Positions 19,690 through 20,000 of a stretch of DNA of 20,000 nucleotides are shown here, one piece after another. Position numbers and translations under genes: made by a program. This DNA is from Chiloscyllium plagiosum (lineage: Eukaryota), in assembly GCF_004010195.1 (NCBI RefSeq), contig NC_057719.1:60644925-60664924 (forward strand). The letters run 5' to 3'. Position 1 is the first letter of the stretch. Each line of letters starts with the position of its first letter. Under the pieces are notes generated by a model. It was not told where the DNA came from and did not search any database. It was given only the letters and a program-made list of their open reading frames with translations.

Positions 19690-20000
19690 GAAAGAACGAA
19701 AGAGAGAGAGAGTGAGAGAGAAAGAGAGTGAGAGCAAGAAAGAGAGAGCGAGAAAGCGAAAAAGAGCATGGGCGAAAGAGAGAGCGAGCAAAAGAGAGCG
19801 CGAGCGAGCAAGAGCAAGAGAGTGCGAGAAAGAGAGCGCGAGAAAGAGAGCGTGGGCGAGTGAGAGAGCGAGAAAGAGAGCGTGAGGGAGCACGAGAGCG
19901 CGACAAAGAGCGAGAGAAAGGGAAGAAGAGAGATTGAGAGAAAGAGCGATAGGAGAGAAAAAGAGAGAGAGAAAGAGAGAGAGAACCAGAGAGAAAAAGA
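19690..20000 (+). repeat. GA-rich compound microsatellite (GAGA/GAGC/GAAA units)
   Basis: Purine-rich imperfect repeats such as AGAGAGCGCGAGAAAGAGAGCGTG running to the window edge. Confidence 0.9.

Noticed and set aside
19635..19937. ER/RS/SL-rich ORFs
   Set aside because: Products of the GA-rich microsatellite.

Overview
Eukaryotic, repeat-dense, non-coding DNA, most likely from a shark. The inference rests on HE1-type tRNA SINEs and CR1 LINEs of the kind I recall from elasmobranchs. No intact protein-coding gene is recognisable: the listed ORFs are retroelement fragments or chance/low-complexity frames. Contents: (1) a minus-strand Gypsy element (5' LTR 4752-5440, PBS, decayed gag with a SCAN-like capsid region), interrupted by a CR1 LINE carrying an internal inversion with an inverted duplication; (2) a second decayed Gypsy pol (RT-RNaseH-integrase), interrupted by a Tc1/pogo-type MITE, itself interrupted by a Penelope-like fragment; (3) several CR1/L2-group fragments and SINEs; (4) four ~160-210 bp fold-back Penelope-like insertions with 11-15 bp TSDs whose hairpin apex always falls in a minimal hammerhead ribozyme motif, plus a second hammerhead-bearing family; (5) an exact 28-bp copy of a local LINE segment 1.77 kb from its source; (6) a possible solo LTR, a possible minus-strand terminal exon/3'UTR and a GA-rich microsatellite. 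Family assignments come from hand translation and remembered motifs, not database searches.
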